Assembly: GCA_964618815.1 (NCBI GenBank)
Contig: CAZUBT010000010.1
Location: 32,799-56,798 of the forward strand
Direction: 5' to 3'
Origin: an uncultured Desulfobacterales bacterium
GTDB lineage: Bacteria > Desulfobacterota > Desulfobaccia > Desulfobaccales > 0-14-0-80-60-11
DNA length: 24,000 bases
Shown here: positions 11,177 to 18,165 of the stretch, in pieces
Numbering within the stretch: position 1 is the stretch's first letter
Layout: each line of letters begins with the position of its first letter
The notes under the pieces: generated by a model
Databases searched by the model: none
What the model was told of the DNA's origin: nothing
What the model saw: only the letters and a program-made list of their open reading frames with translations
Program-made: the position numbers and the translations under genes

Positions 11177-11461
11177 TTATTTCCCGGTCAGCTCTTGGAT
11201 TTCTTTCCGGGCGTGTTCCATCTCCTGGACCTGTTCCGGGTCCAGGCGCAGCAGCATGGTTTGGAATTCCCCCACGTGGGTCTTCTCCTCTTTGGCGATG
11301 TCCAGGAAGACCCGGCGGATGTCTTCGTCGTCTGTTAAGGCTGCCAGTTGCTCATAGAGATTGATGGCGTCCAATTCGGCGATGATGCCGATACGGAGAA
11401 GCTCTTGATTAAGCTGGCCTTTCTTGAGTTTGCTGAAATCCACGGGAATTTGCGATAACAT
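11177..11461 (-). CDS. Small ferritin-like (rubrerythrin/encapsulin-cargo-like) diiron protein
   Basis: MLSQIPVDFSKLKKGQLNQELLRIGIIAELDAINLYEQLAALTDDEDIRRVFLDIAKEEKTHVGEFQTMLLRLDPEQVQEMEHARKEIQELTG, with E..NLYEQ and EEKTHVGEF diiron-ligand motifs. SD GGGAGG precedes the ATG on the minus strand. Confidence 0.88.
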   Translation of the reverse strand: MLSQIPVDFSKLKKGQLNQELLRIGIIAELDAINLYEQLAALTDDEDIRRVFLDIAKEEKTHVGEFQTMLLRLDPEQVQEMEHARKEIQELTGK

Positions 11462-11710
11462 ATAAAACCTCCCTTTTATTTCAGGTTTGGTTTATGCTCC
11501 TGTCAGGCAAATTAAGCATAAAACGCGGTAGCGTCAAGGAGAGCGGCCCTCCCCGTGAATCCCGTAATGGGTCAGCGCCCGGCCGCGGCAATGAGGGCCG
11601 GCCCTCTTAACATGGTGGACATATCCAAAAACATTTTGCTTAACCCGCGCCGAATTTCGGCGTTTCCGGTGTTTTTTTAATCAGCAGCAATTTTTCCCGG
11701 AGAGGACCCC

Positions 11711-12145
11711 ATGCAGGCCAAGTGCCCAGAAGTGCAGAAAAGGTTGTCCGCCTGGCTGGACGGCGAGTTGGAGGAGACCTGGCTGGCCGCCCTGTCAGCG
11801 CATCTGGAGGGCTGTGCCCCATGCCGCCGGGAGCTGGCCCAGCTCCAGGCCCTGGACGCGGCCCTGGGGGACCTGCCCGCGCCCGCGCCCCTTTACCTGG
11901 CGGACCGGGTCCTGGCCCGCCTAGCCCGGCCACCGCGTCGTTGGTGGCAGTCCCTGGCCCTGGCCGCCACCCTGGTGATGGGCCTGACCCTGGGAGGCGC
12001 CCTGGCCCGCAATTTTTATCCCATGGCCCCGGCCAATGGCGACGGCGCGGAAATGGCGGCCCTGGAAGACTTTCAAGACTTTCCGGCGGGCTCTTTGGGC
12101 GCAGTCCTGGCCTCTTATCATCCTGAAGAAGGTAACGGCCTGTGA
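11711..12145 (+). CDS. Anti-sigma factor with a zf-HC2-type zinc-binding domain and one TM helix
   Basis: CPEVQKRLSAWLDGELEETWLAALSAHLEGCAPCRRELAQLQALDAAL has the ...HLxGCxxCRxEL motif of ZAS domains, followed by a TM segment (WWQSLALAATLVMGLTLGGAL). Confidence 0.85.
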   Translation: MQAKCPEVQKRLSAWLDGELEETWLAALSAHLEGCAPCRRELAQLQALDAALGDLPAPAPLYLADRVLARLARPPRRWWQSLALAATLVMGLTLGGALARNFYPMAPANGDGAEMAALEDFQDFPAGSLGAVLASYHPEEGNGL

Positions 12146-12690
12146 AGCGGAACTGGCTTCTCTATCTGGTGATTTTTTCCCTGGCCCTGAATCTTGGGAC
12201 CATCAGCGCGTTCTTCTATCTGCGCTACCAGGATCAAAAAATGGTCGGTCTGCGGGAGTTCAAGCCCCCCTTGCCCATGAGGGAGTTGTGGCGGGCTTTG
12301 CATCTGGCGGATGAGCAGCGCCGGGCCTTGCGGGACCTGCTCCCGGACCATCGCCGCCGGGTGCTGGGGCTGAGAGAGGATTTGGCCCGGAAGCGCCTGG
12401 AGCTGTTTGAGTTGATCAAAGGTGAGGCCCCGCCCCAAAGTGCGGTTCAGGGAAAAGTGCAGGAGATCAGCAGCCTCCAGGGCGGGCTGGAAGAGGAAAT
12501 GGTGCGCTTTCTGCTGGAGTTCAAGAAGCACCTCCAACCTCAGCAGCAAGCCGCGATGGCGGAGCTGATGCAGCAGCGTTTATGCGGGCCCCCGGACTGC
12601 GGGCCCCGGGGACCGCACCCGCCGGACCGCGGCGGCCGCATGGGCCGGGGGCCTGTGGGACCAAAGGGGCCGCCTCCCGAGGGCCCCTGA
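12142..12690 (+). CDS. Spy/CpxP/ZraP-like periplasmic (heavy-metal sensor) protein, GTG start
   Basis: N-terminal membrane anchor, then helical LHLADEQRRALRDLLPDHRRRVLGLREDLARKRLELFELI...EEEMVRFLLEFKKHLQPQQQAAMAELMQQR. GTGA overlap with the anti-sigma gene. Pro/Gly-rich tail. Confidence 0.75.
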   Translation: MKRNWLLYLVIFSLALNLGTISAFFYLRYQDQKMVGLREFKPPLPMRELWRALHLADEQRRALRDLLPDHRRRVLGLREDLARKRLELFELIKGEAPPQSAVQGKVQEISSLQGGLEEEMVRFLLEFKKHLQPQQQAAMAELMQQRLCGPPDCGPRGPHPPDRGGRMGRGPVGPKGPPPEGP

Positions 12691-12930
12691 TAGCGGTTAG
12701 CAGTCAGCTTTAAGCGGCCGGGAAAAAATCAGCCCCGTATCAGTAGCCCCAGGCTTTAGCCCCCCTCCATGAAACCCTTGATTTTTGGACACACCACGCG
12801 GCGCCCCTACCGAGGAAGGTGTGGTGGGCGGTTCCAACCCGCATTTGGGTTCCTCTCGCTAATTCCTGGTCTTTTTAACCGAAAACCGAAAACGGTATAA
12901 GTGGTTGGGGAAGGAGGTTCAAATACCACC

Positions 12931-13329
12931 ATGAAAATATCTTCCCTGGATAAATTGACCGGCCTGGATTGGGGGATTAAGGTTATCGCGGTGGGCATTG
13001 AATTTGTGGGCATCGCCATCATTGTGGCGGGGGCCATCATCACCACCGGCATTTTTCTTAAGGCCATTATCAAGGAGAGATCCCTGGACAAATGTTACCA
13101 GAGGTATCGCAGCGATTTCGGCAAAGCGGTGCTCCTGGGATTGGAGTTTCTGGTGGCCTCGGATATCCTGTCCACCGTGGCGGTGGGCCTCACTTTTCAG
13201 GACCTGGGGATGTTGGGGCTGCTGGTCCTTATCCGCACCTTTTTGAGCTTTGCCCTGGAGGTGGAGATCAACGGCCACTGGCCCTGGAAAAACAGTGAAA
13301 TGGCCGCGAAATCCGGGGCCAAAGATTAA
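12931..13329 (+). CDS. DUF1622-type small integral membrane protein
   Basis: RYRSDFGKAVLLGLEFLVASDILSTVAVGLTFQDLGMLGLLVLIRTFLSFALEVEINGHWPWK. The longest ORF uses GTG 12901; ATG 12931 follows AAGGAGG, and the start choice is uncertain. Confidence 0.85.
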   Translation: MKISSLDKLTGLDWGIKVIAVGIEFVGIAIIVAGAIITTGIFLKAIIKERSLDKCYQRYRSDFGKAVLLGLEFLVASDILSTVAVGLTFQDLGMLGLLVLIRTFLSFALEVEINGHWPWKNSEMAAKSGAKD

Positions 13330-13724
13330 TCGGAGCCTAAAAGAAAGTTCATTCCCGTAGGCGCGGCTCGCGCAACGTCTTTACATGGGCCATTGAAGAT
13401 AACGAGAGAAAATGTGGAACAGCCGCCCCCGGCTGTGCTTTTTCCCACCTGCGTCAGCAGGCGAGGGCGCCTGCTCTATATCGCATTTATTTTATCGGCA
13501 TATCAATCGCATTATAAGAGGGTTATTCCCATTTAAGGGGTGCGAAACTTGAGTTATTAACAGCTCACGGCTCACTGCCAATACCCCCTTCCCCGGCCTC
13601 CGGCGCCCCAGGCCAACCGGAGTTCCCGCTTTTTCCTTGCCAACTGCCCACAAATTCAGATATTTTCCTATATTTAGGCAATTCTTTCGGCACGGGGTTG
13701 ATCCCCCCGTTATCCGGGAAAGAC

Positions 13725-14597
13725 ATGACCAACCTCCCCGATCTGCTCCAGTTCATCTTCGCCGGTTTGACCGGGGGGGCCATCTATGCCCTGGTGGCCC
13801 TGGGGTTTGGGGTGGTGCACAACACCATGGGCATCGTCAATTTCACCCAGGTGGATTTCGTGTCCCTGGGGGGCATGGTGCTCTACAGCGCCCTGTTTGC
13901 CGCGGGCCTGCCCATGCCCCTGGCCCTAACCGTGGGGGTGGCGGGCGTTACCCTGGCGGCAATTGCGGTGGAGTTCTTAGGCATCCGCCCCTCCCGCTCC
14001 CAGAGCCACCTGGTGCTGATCTTTTTGACCATCGGGCTGTCCATCATCCTCCGGGGGCTAATGAAGATAGTCTGGGGGAAAAACCGCATGGCCGTGCCGC
14101 CCCTGACCGGAGAAGAGCCGGTTAAGCTCCTGGGGGCCGCCATCCTGCCCCAGACCCTGTGGATCCTGGCCTTGACCGCCCTGGCCATCGTGGGGCTGGT
14201 GCTGTTTTTCCGGAAGACTTCCATGGGCCTGGCCATGCGGGGGGTGGCGGCCAACGAAACCGCGGCCGCGGTGGTGGGGCTCAAAGTCCGGCGGGTCAAG
14301 GCCATGAGCTTCGCCCTGGCCGGGGCCTTAGGCGGCCTGGCGGGCTGCCTGGTGACCCCCATCACCACGCTTTCCTACGACGTGGGGGTGCTCCTGGGCC
14401 TCAAGGGCTTCGCCGCGGCCATCTTAGGGGGGTTCGGCTCCTTCCCCGGGGCCATCTTAGGCGGCCTCATCCTGGGCCTCCTGGAATCCCTGGGCGCGGC
14501 CTACATCAGCAGCGCGTATAAGGACGTCTTCGCGTTCGTGGTGCTGCTCTTGGTGCTGTTTGTGCGGCCTAAAGGTCTGCTGGGCGGGGAAGGGTAA
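13725..14597 (+). CDS. livH: Branched-chain amino acid ABC transporter permease, LivH family
   Basis: FIFAGLTGGAIYALVALGFGVVHNTMGIVNFTQVDFVSLGGM...MRGVAANETAAAVVGLKVRRVKAMSFALAGALGGLAG...GFAAAILGGFGSFPGAILGGLILGLLESLGA...LLVLFVRPKGLLG. The longest ORF starts at 13698. Confidence 0.92.
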   Translation: MTNLPDLLQFIFAGLTGGAIYALVALGFGVVHNTMGIVNFTQVDFVSLGGMVLYSALFAAGLPMPLALTVGVAGVTLAAIAVEFLGIRPSRSQSHLVLIFLTIGLSIILRGLMKIVWGKNRMAVPPLTGEEPVKLLGAAILPQTLWILALTALAIVGLVLFFRKTSMGLAMRGVAANETAAAVVGLKVRRVKAMSFALAGALGGLAGCLVTPITTLSYDVGVLLGLKGFAAAILGGFGSFPGAILGGLILGLLESLGAAYISSAYKDVFAFVVLLLVLFVRPKGLLGGEG

Positions 14598-14600
14598 CAC

Positions 14601-14672
14601 ATGTGGGGTACGTCCTACGAGCCCGATCCGGTGCAGTGGTCCGCTGACTTCAAGACCAGGAGAATGCCATGA
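14601..14672 (+). pseudogene. C-terminal remnant of a DUF4258-like toxin gene
   Basis: The short frame ATG...TGA encodes MWGTSYEPDPVQWSADFKTRRMP. YEPDPxxWxxDFKxRR resembles the C-terminus of DUF4258 toxins. The stop overlaps the antitoxin ATG (ATGA). Confidence 0.6.
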
Positions 14673-14893
14673 AATGTGTTATTTGTCGTCAAGGCGAGAC
14701 TTTTCCCGGAATGGTGACCGTCCCTATGCAGCGCGGGGAGACCACGGTAATTTTCAAGCAGGTTCCCGCAGAGGTTTGCGAGAACTGCGGAGAATATTTT
14801 CTGACCCAGGCGGTAACCGACCGGTTGCTGACCAGGGCGGAGGAAGCGGTCAAGAAGGGGGCGGAAGTGGAGATTCTGCGTTACGCGGCGTGA
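14669..14893 (+). CDS. YgiT-type zinc finger protein (antitoxin-like)
   Basis: MKCVICRQGETFPGMVTVPMQRGETTVIFKQVPAEVCENCGEYFLTQAVTDRLLTRAEEA, with CxxC...CxxC and the EVCENCGE motif. Confidence 0.88.
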   Translation: MKCVICRQGETFPGMVTVPMQRGETTVIFKQVPAEVCENCGEYFLTQAVTDRLLTRAEEAVKKGAEVEILRYAA

Positions 14894-14910
14894 TGGGGCA
14901 ATTATTTCTT

Positions 14911-14940
14911 CTGGTTCCCAAGCAGGAACTTGGGAACCAG
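14911..14940. repeat. Perfect inverted repeat, REP-like
   Basis: CTGGTTCCCAAG (14911-14922), CAGGAA, CTTGGGAACCAG (14929-14940). Arms are 12/12. Confidence 0.85.
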
Positions 14941-14959
14941 ATAAATTCTAAGCGATTTC

Positions 14960-15082
14960 ATGGTGAGTAAGAACATGCAACGCATCCTCATGGGCAATGA
15001 GGCCATGGGCCGGGGTATTGTGGAGTGCGGCTGCACCCTGGCCGCGTCCTATCCCGGGACCCCGGGCTTCGAGAAGATGTAG
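14960..15082 (+). pseudogene. Duplicated 5' fragment of iorA (truncated)
   Basis: Encodes MVSKNMQRILMGNEAMGRGIVECGCTLAASYPGTPGFEKM*. Nucleotides 14978-15048 are identical to 15600-15670 in iorA (71 bp). Confidence 0.85.
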
Positions 15083-15118
15083 TTCCCCCCTTTTCTAAAG
15101 GGGGGTTAGGGGGGATTA
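15083..15118 (+). repeat. Left inverted repeat of the DUF559 cassette
   Basis: TTCCCCCCTTTTCTAAAGGGGGGTTAGGGGGGATTA matches the reverse complement of 15470-15505 with 2 mismatches in 36. Confidence 0.9.
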
Positions 15119-15122
15119 TAAG

Positions 15123-15482
15123 GTGCTCCCTTACAACAAGAGACTTAAAAAATTTGCCAGAGACCTGCGGAAGAACATGACAGAGGCCGAATTTTTTCTT
15201 TGGATGAGGATCAGGAAAAGGCAAATAGAGAACCTCCAATTTTATCGGCAGCGAATTATATGCAACTACATTGTCGATTTCTATTGCCCGCAAGCAAAAT
15301 TAGTCATCGAAATTGACGGCAGTCAACATTATTCTGAGGAAGGGATGGCAAAAGACAGGGAGCGAGACAATCATCTGACCGATTTGGGGATGACCGTCCT
15401 GAGATTTTCTGCCAGGGAAGTCTTTACAAATACTGAAGGGGTTATGGAATGTATTTACAGTCACTTAGGTAATCCCCCCTGA
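15123..15482 (+). CDS. DUF559 domain-containing protein (Vsr/restriction-endonuclease-like fold)
   Basis: LRKNMTEAEFFLWMRIRKRQIENLQFYRQRIICNYIVDFYCPQAKLVIEIDGSQHYSEEGMAKDRERDNHLTDLGMTVLRFSAREVFTNTEGVMECI. The IVDFYCPxxKLVIEIDGxQH motif is characteristic. GTG start. Confidence 0.92.
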   Translation: MLPYNKRLKKFARDLRKNMTEAEFFLWMRIRKRQIENLQFYRQRIICNYIVDFYCPQAKLVIEIDGSQHYSEEGMAKDRERDNHLTDLGMTVLRFSAREVFTNTEGVMECIYSHLGNPP

Positions 15483-15505
15483 CCCCCCTTTAAAAAAGGG
15501 GGGAA
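15470..15505 (-). repeat. Right inverted repeat of the DUF559 cassette
   Basis: TAATCCCCCCTGACCCCCCTTTAAAAAAGGGGGGAA. It contains the DUF559 stop codon. Confidence 0.9.
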
Positions 15506-15566
15506 GAATATGTTTGTTCTGGGGTGAATATTTTTGCTCTTTGTGAGAGTCGGTAATTATTGAATT

Positions 15567-17417
15567 ATGGCAAACAAGACACTTACATCAAATAATACCC
15601 AACGCATCCTCATGGGCAATGAGGCCATGGGCCGGGGTATTGTGGAGTGCGGCTGCACCCTGGCCGCGTCGTATCCCGGCACCCCGGCCTCGGAGATCCT
15701 CGCGGCGGTCGCGGCCTTTGCCGAAGAGACTGGTGCGGCCATTCACGCGGAGTGGTCGGTGAACGAAAAGGTGGCTTATGAAACCGCGCTGGCCAACTCC
15801 ATGGCGGGCCGCCGGTCCGCGGTGTCCATGAAGCAGGTGGGCCTCAACGTGGCCTCGGACCCCTTTCTGCGCTCCGCCTACTTAGGGGTCAAGGGCGGCC
15901 TGGTGGTCATCTCCGCGGACGACCCCGGCCCCCACAGCTCCCAGACGGAGCAGGACAGCCGCTTTTTCGCCATGTTCGCCAAGATTCCCGTACTGGACCC
16001 CGCCGGCCCCCGGGAGGCCAAAGACCTGGTGCGCCGGGCCTTGGAGCTTTCCGAAAAATACGAGATTCCGGTGATGCTGCGCCCCACCACCCGGGTGTGC
16101 CACGCCCGGCAGAATGTGCCTTTATATCCGCCCGACCGGCTGGACCGGCCCGCCCGGTTCGAGAAAAACCCCGGCCGCTGGTGCGCCACGCCCCAGTACT
16201 TGCGGGAACTGCACCGGCAGCTCAATGAAAAAATCGTCCAAATCGCCGGGGAGCCGGACTTTGCGCCCCGGTTGACCCCCGGGGACGGCTCCTACCCGGA
16301 AACCTGCATCATCGCTTCAGGGGTGGCCTTCGCCCACACCTGGGACCTCCTGGAGGATATGGGCCTCCTGGGCCGGGTGGATTTCTATCAGGTGACCATG
16401 CCGTACCCCCTGAACCGGGATTTCATCCGGCAGATCTCCGGCCATTACCGCCAGATTTTAGTTATCGAAGAAACCTATCCGGTTATCGAATTACAATTGG
16501 CAGACTCAAAGATCAGCGGCCGAAACTCCCAGGATATCCCCAATCAAGGAGAACTGACCCCGGAGGTCATCCGCCCGGCCCTGGAGAAATTTTTAAAGCT
16601 TCCCGCCCGAACCGTCATCCCGGCCCCTGCCGCGGCCGGGGCGCGGCCCACCCTGTGCGCCGGGTGCGGCCACCGGGCCGCATTTTACGCCATCCGGGAG
16701 ACCTTCCCCGGCGGCATCTTCCCCAGTGACATCGGCTGCTACACCCTGGGAATGAACCTGGGCGCGGTGGACACCTGCCACTGCATGGGGGCCGGCATCA
16801 GCCAGGCCGCGGGCTTCTACCATGCCTACGCCGCGACCGGCGGGGAAATCCCCCCCATCGTGGCCACCATCGGAGACTCCACCTTCTTTCACGCGGGGAT
16901 TCCGGCCCTCATCAACGCGGTGTTTCACAACGCCCGCATCCTGGTGGTCATCCTGGACAACGCCACCACTGCCATGACCGGCCACCAGCCCACCCCCCAG
17001 GCCGGGCTCACCGCCGGGGGGGAACCGGGGCAGCCGGTGTTCATTCCTGAACTGGTGCGGGCCTGCGGGGTCAAGTTCTTGCAGGAGGCCGACCCCTACG
17101 ACTTGCCGGGGTTTATGAGCCTGCTAAGGGAAGCCCAGGAGTATTGCCGCAGCGCAGCCGGCGGGCCCGGGGTGATCATCGCCCGGCATCCCTGCCTCCT
17201 GGACAAGGAGGCCGGAAAATCCCAGGCGGCCTACATCATGCGGGTCACCGAGGACTGCACCGGCTGCCGCCACTGCCTGGACGACTTCGAATGTCCGGCC
17301 CTGTCCCTGGACGAACTTACCGACCTTGTGGACATTGACGTGCTCCGCTGTGTGGGCTGCGGGGTGTGCGTCCACGTGTGCCCCGGCGGGGCCATTGAGG
17401 CAAAGCCATTGACATAG
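15567..17417 (+). CDS. iorA: Indolepyruvate ferredoxin oxidoreductase, alpha subunit
   Basis: MGNEAMGRGIVECGCTLAASYPGTPASEI, TPP-domain LCAGCGHRAAF...GDIGCYTLG...DTCHCMGAGISQAAG, C-terminal ferredoxin motifs CTGCRHCLDDFECPAL and CVGCGVCVHVCPGGAI. Confidence 0.96.
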   Translation: MANKTLTSNNTQRILMGNEAMGRGIVECGCTLAASYPGTPASEILAAVAAFAEETGAAIHAEWSVNEKVAYETALANSMAGRRSAVSMKQVGLNVASDPFLRSAYLGVKGGLVVISADDPGPHSSQTEQDSRFFAMFAKIPVLDPAGPREAKDLVRRALELSEKYEIPVMLRPTTRVCHARQNVPLYPPDRLDRPARFEKNPGRWCATPQYLRELHRQLNEKIVQIAGEPDFAPRLTPGDGSYPETCIIASGVAFAHTWDLLEDMGLLGRVDFYQVTMPYPLNRDFIRQISGHYRQILVIEETYPVIELQLADSKISGRNSQDIPNQGELTPEVIRPALEKFLKLPARTVIPAPAAAGARPTLCAGCGHRAAFYAIRETFPGGIFPSDIGCYTLGMNLGAVDTCHCMGAGISQAAGFYHAYAATGGEIPPIVATIGDSTFFHAGIPALINAVFHNARILVVILDNATTAMTGHQPTPQAGLTAGGEPGQPVFIPELVRACGVKFLQEADPYDLPGFMSLLREAQEYCRSAAGGPGVIIARHPCLLDKEAGKSQAAYIMRVTEDCTGCRHCLDDFECPALSLDELTDLVDIDVLRCVGCGVCVHVCPGGAIEAKPLT

Positions 17418-17427
17418 TGAAAGGTTC

Positions 17428-17465
17428 ACCACAGAGATATTCCGTGTCTCTGTGGTAAATATTTT
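17428..17465 (+). terminator. Hairpin plus T-rich tract between iorA and iorB
   Basis: ACCACAGAGA (17428-17437), 9-nt loop, TCTCTGTGGT (17447-17456), then AAATATTTTTTTC. Arms are 10/10. The same word also resembles common dispersed ACCACAGAGA repeats. Confidence 0.45.
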
Positions 17466-17498
17466 TTTCGGAAACTGAAAACTATTTAAGGAGCGGTT

Positions 17499-18008
17499 TT
17501 GAAACAGCAAATCATCGTCAGCGGCCTGGGGGGCCAGGGGGCCCTTACGGTGACCCGCTTCTTGGCGGAAGCCGCCGCGGCCGCGGGCTTTGAGGTCATC
17601 ACCTCCGAAACCCACGGCATGGCCCAGCGGGGCGGCTCCGTGATCTCCATGATCAAAGCGGGGCCTTTCCGGGGACCCCTGATCCCCGCGGGCGCGGCGG
17701 ATGTGGGCCTGTTTCTCCACCCGGATAATCTCCCGGTGCACCGCTTCTATATGAAGCCCGGGGCCCCGGTGTTGGTCAATTCCGCCCTTCCCGGCGATTA
17801 TTGGAATATCGACGCCCAGGGGATGGCGGCCCGGATGGGCCTGGCCCCCGTGGCCGCCAATCTCATTCTCCTGGGCTTTGCGGTGAAAAAAGGGTTGCTC
17901 TTTTGCGACCCTGACCTCATGGAGAAAGTCATTACAGCCAACACTCCGGCCCGTTTCCTGGAGCCGAACCTTATGGCCTTTCGAGAAGGGGTGGCCGCGG
18001 CCGGATGA
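17499..18008 (+). CDS. iorB: Indolepyruvate oxidoreductase, beta subunit (TTG start)
   Basis: MKQQIIVSGLGGQGALTVTRFLAEAAAAAGFEVITSETHGMAQRGGSVISMIK. SD AAGGAG upstream. Confidence 0.92.
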   Translation: MKQQIIVSGLGGQGALTVTRFLAEAAAAAGFEVITSETHGMAQRGGSVISMIKAGPFRGPLIPAGAADVGLFLHPDNLPVHRFYMKPGAPVLVNSALPGDYWNIDAQGMAARMGLAPVAANLILLGFAVKKGLLFCDPDLMEKVITANTPARFLEPNLMAFREGVAAAG

Positions 18009-18165
18009 ACCTTGACTCGGTGGCAACCAAAAGATTTCTCGTCGGATTGATCCCGCCCCGACAAATTCAAGCAACCGAAAACGGGATAAAATGGGAAATA
18101 CATTTCCCCCCGGCGCCGGATGTTGTAAAATCATTATGGAAATTCACGGGTTCAGGACAGTCCTG

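Noticed and set aside
11640-11933. 97-aa minus-strand ORF opposite the anti-sigma gene
   Set aside because: Pro/Gly/Arg-rich shadow of the zf-HC2 coding sequence.
14560-14970. 136-aa ORF overlapping livH 3' end and the YgiT gene, ending in LVPKQELGNQ
   Set aside because: Out of frame with the clearly better-supported YgiT-type protein. The C-terminus reads through the REP-like palindrome.
14911-15120. CRISPR-like repeats near the DUF559 gene
   Set aside because: The direct repeat is a single 71-bp pair with coding sequence between. There is no array of regularly spaced units and no cas genes.
17124-18134. 336-aa minus-strand ORF overlapping iorA/iorB
   Set aside because: It is the antisense shadow of well-supported iorA 3' and iorB coding sequence. 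High GC produces long stop-free complements. There is no recognisable domain or SD.
17990-18165. FMN riboswitch before ribE
   Set aside because: Searched by eye for the conserved AGGGUGAAAUUCCC / GACCGGCGG-type blocks; none present.
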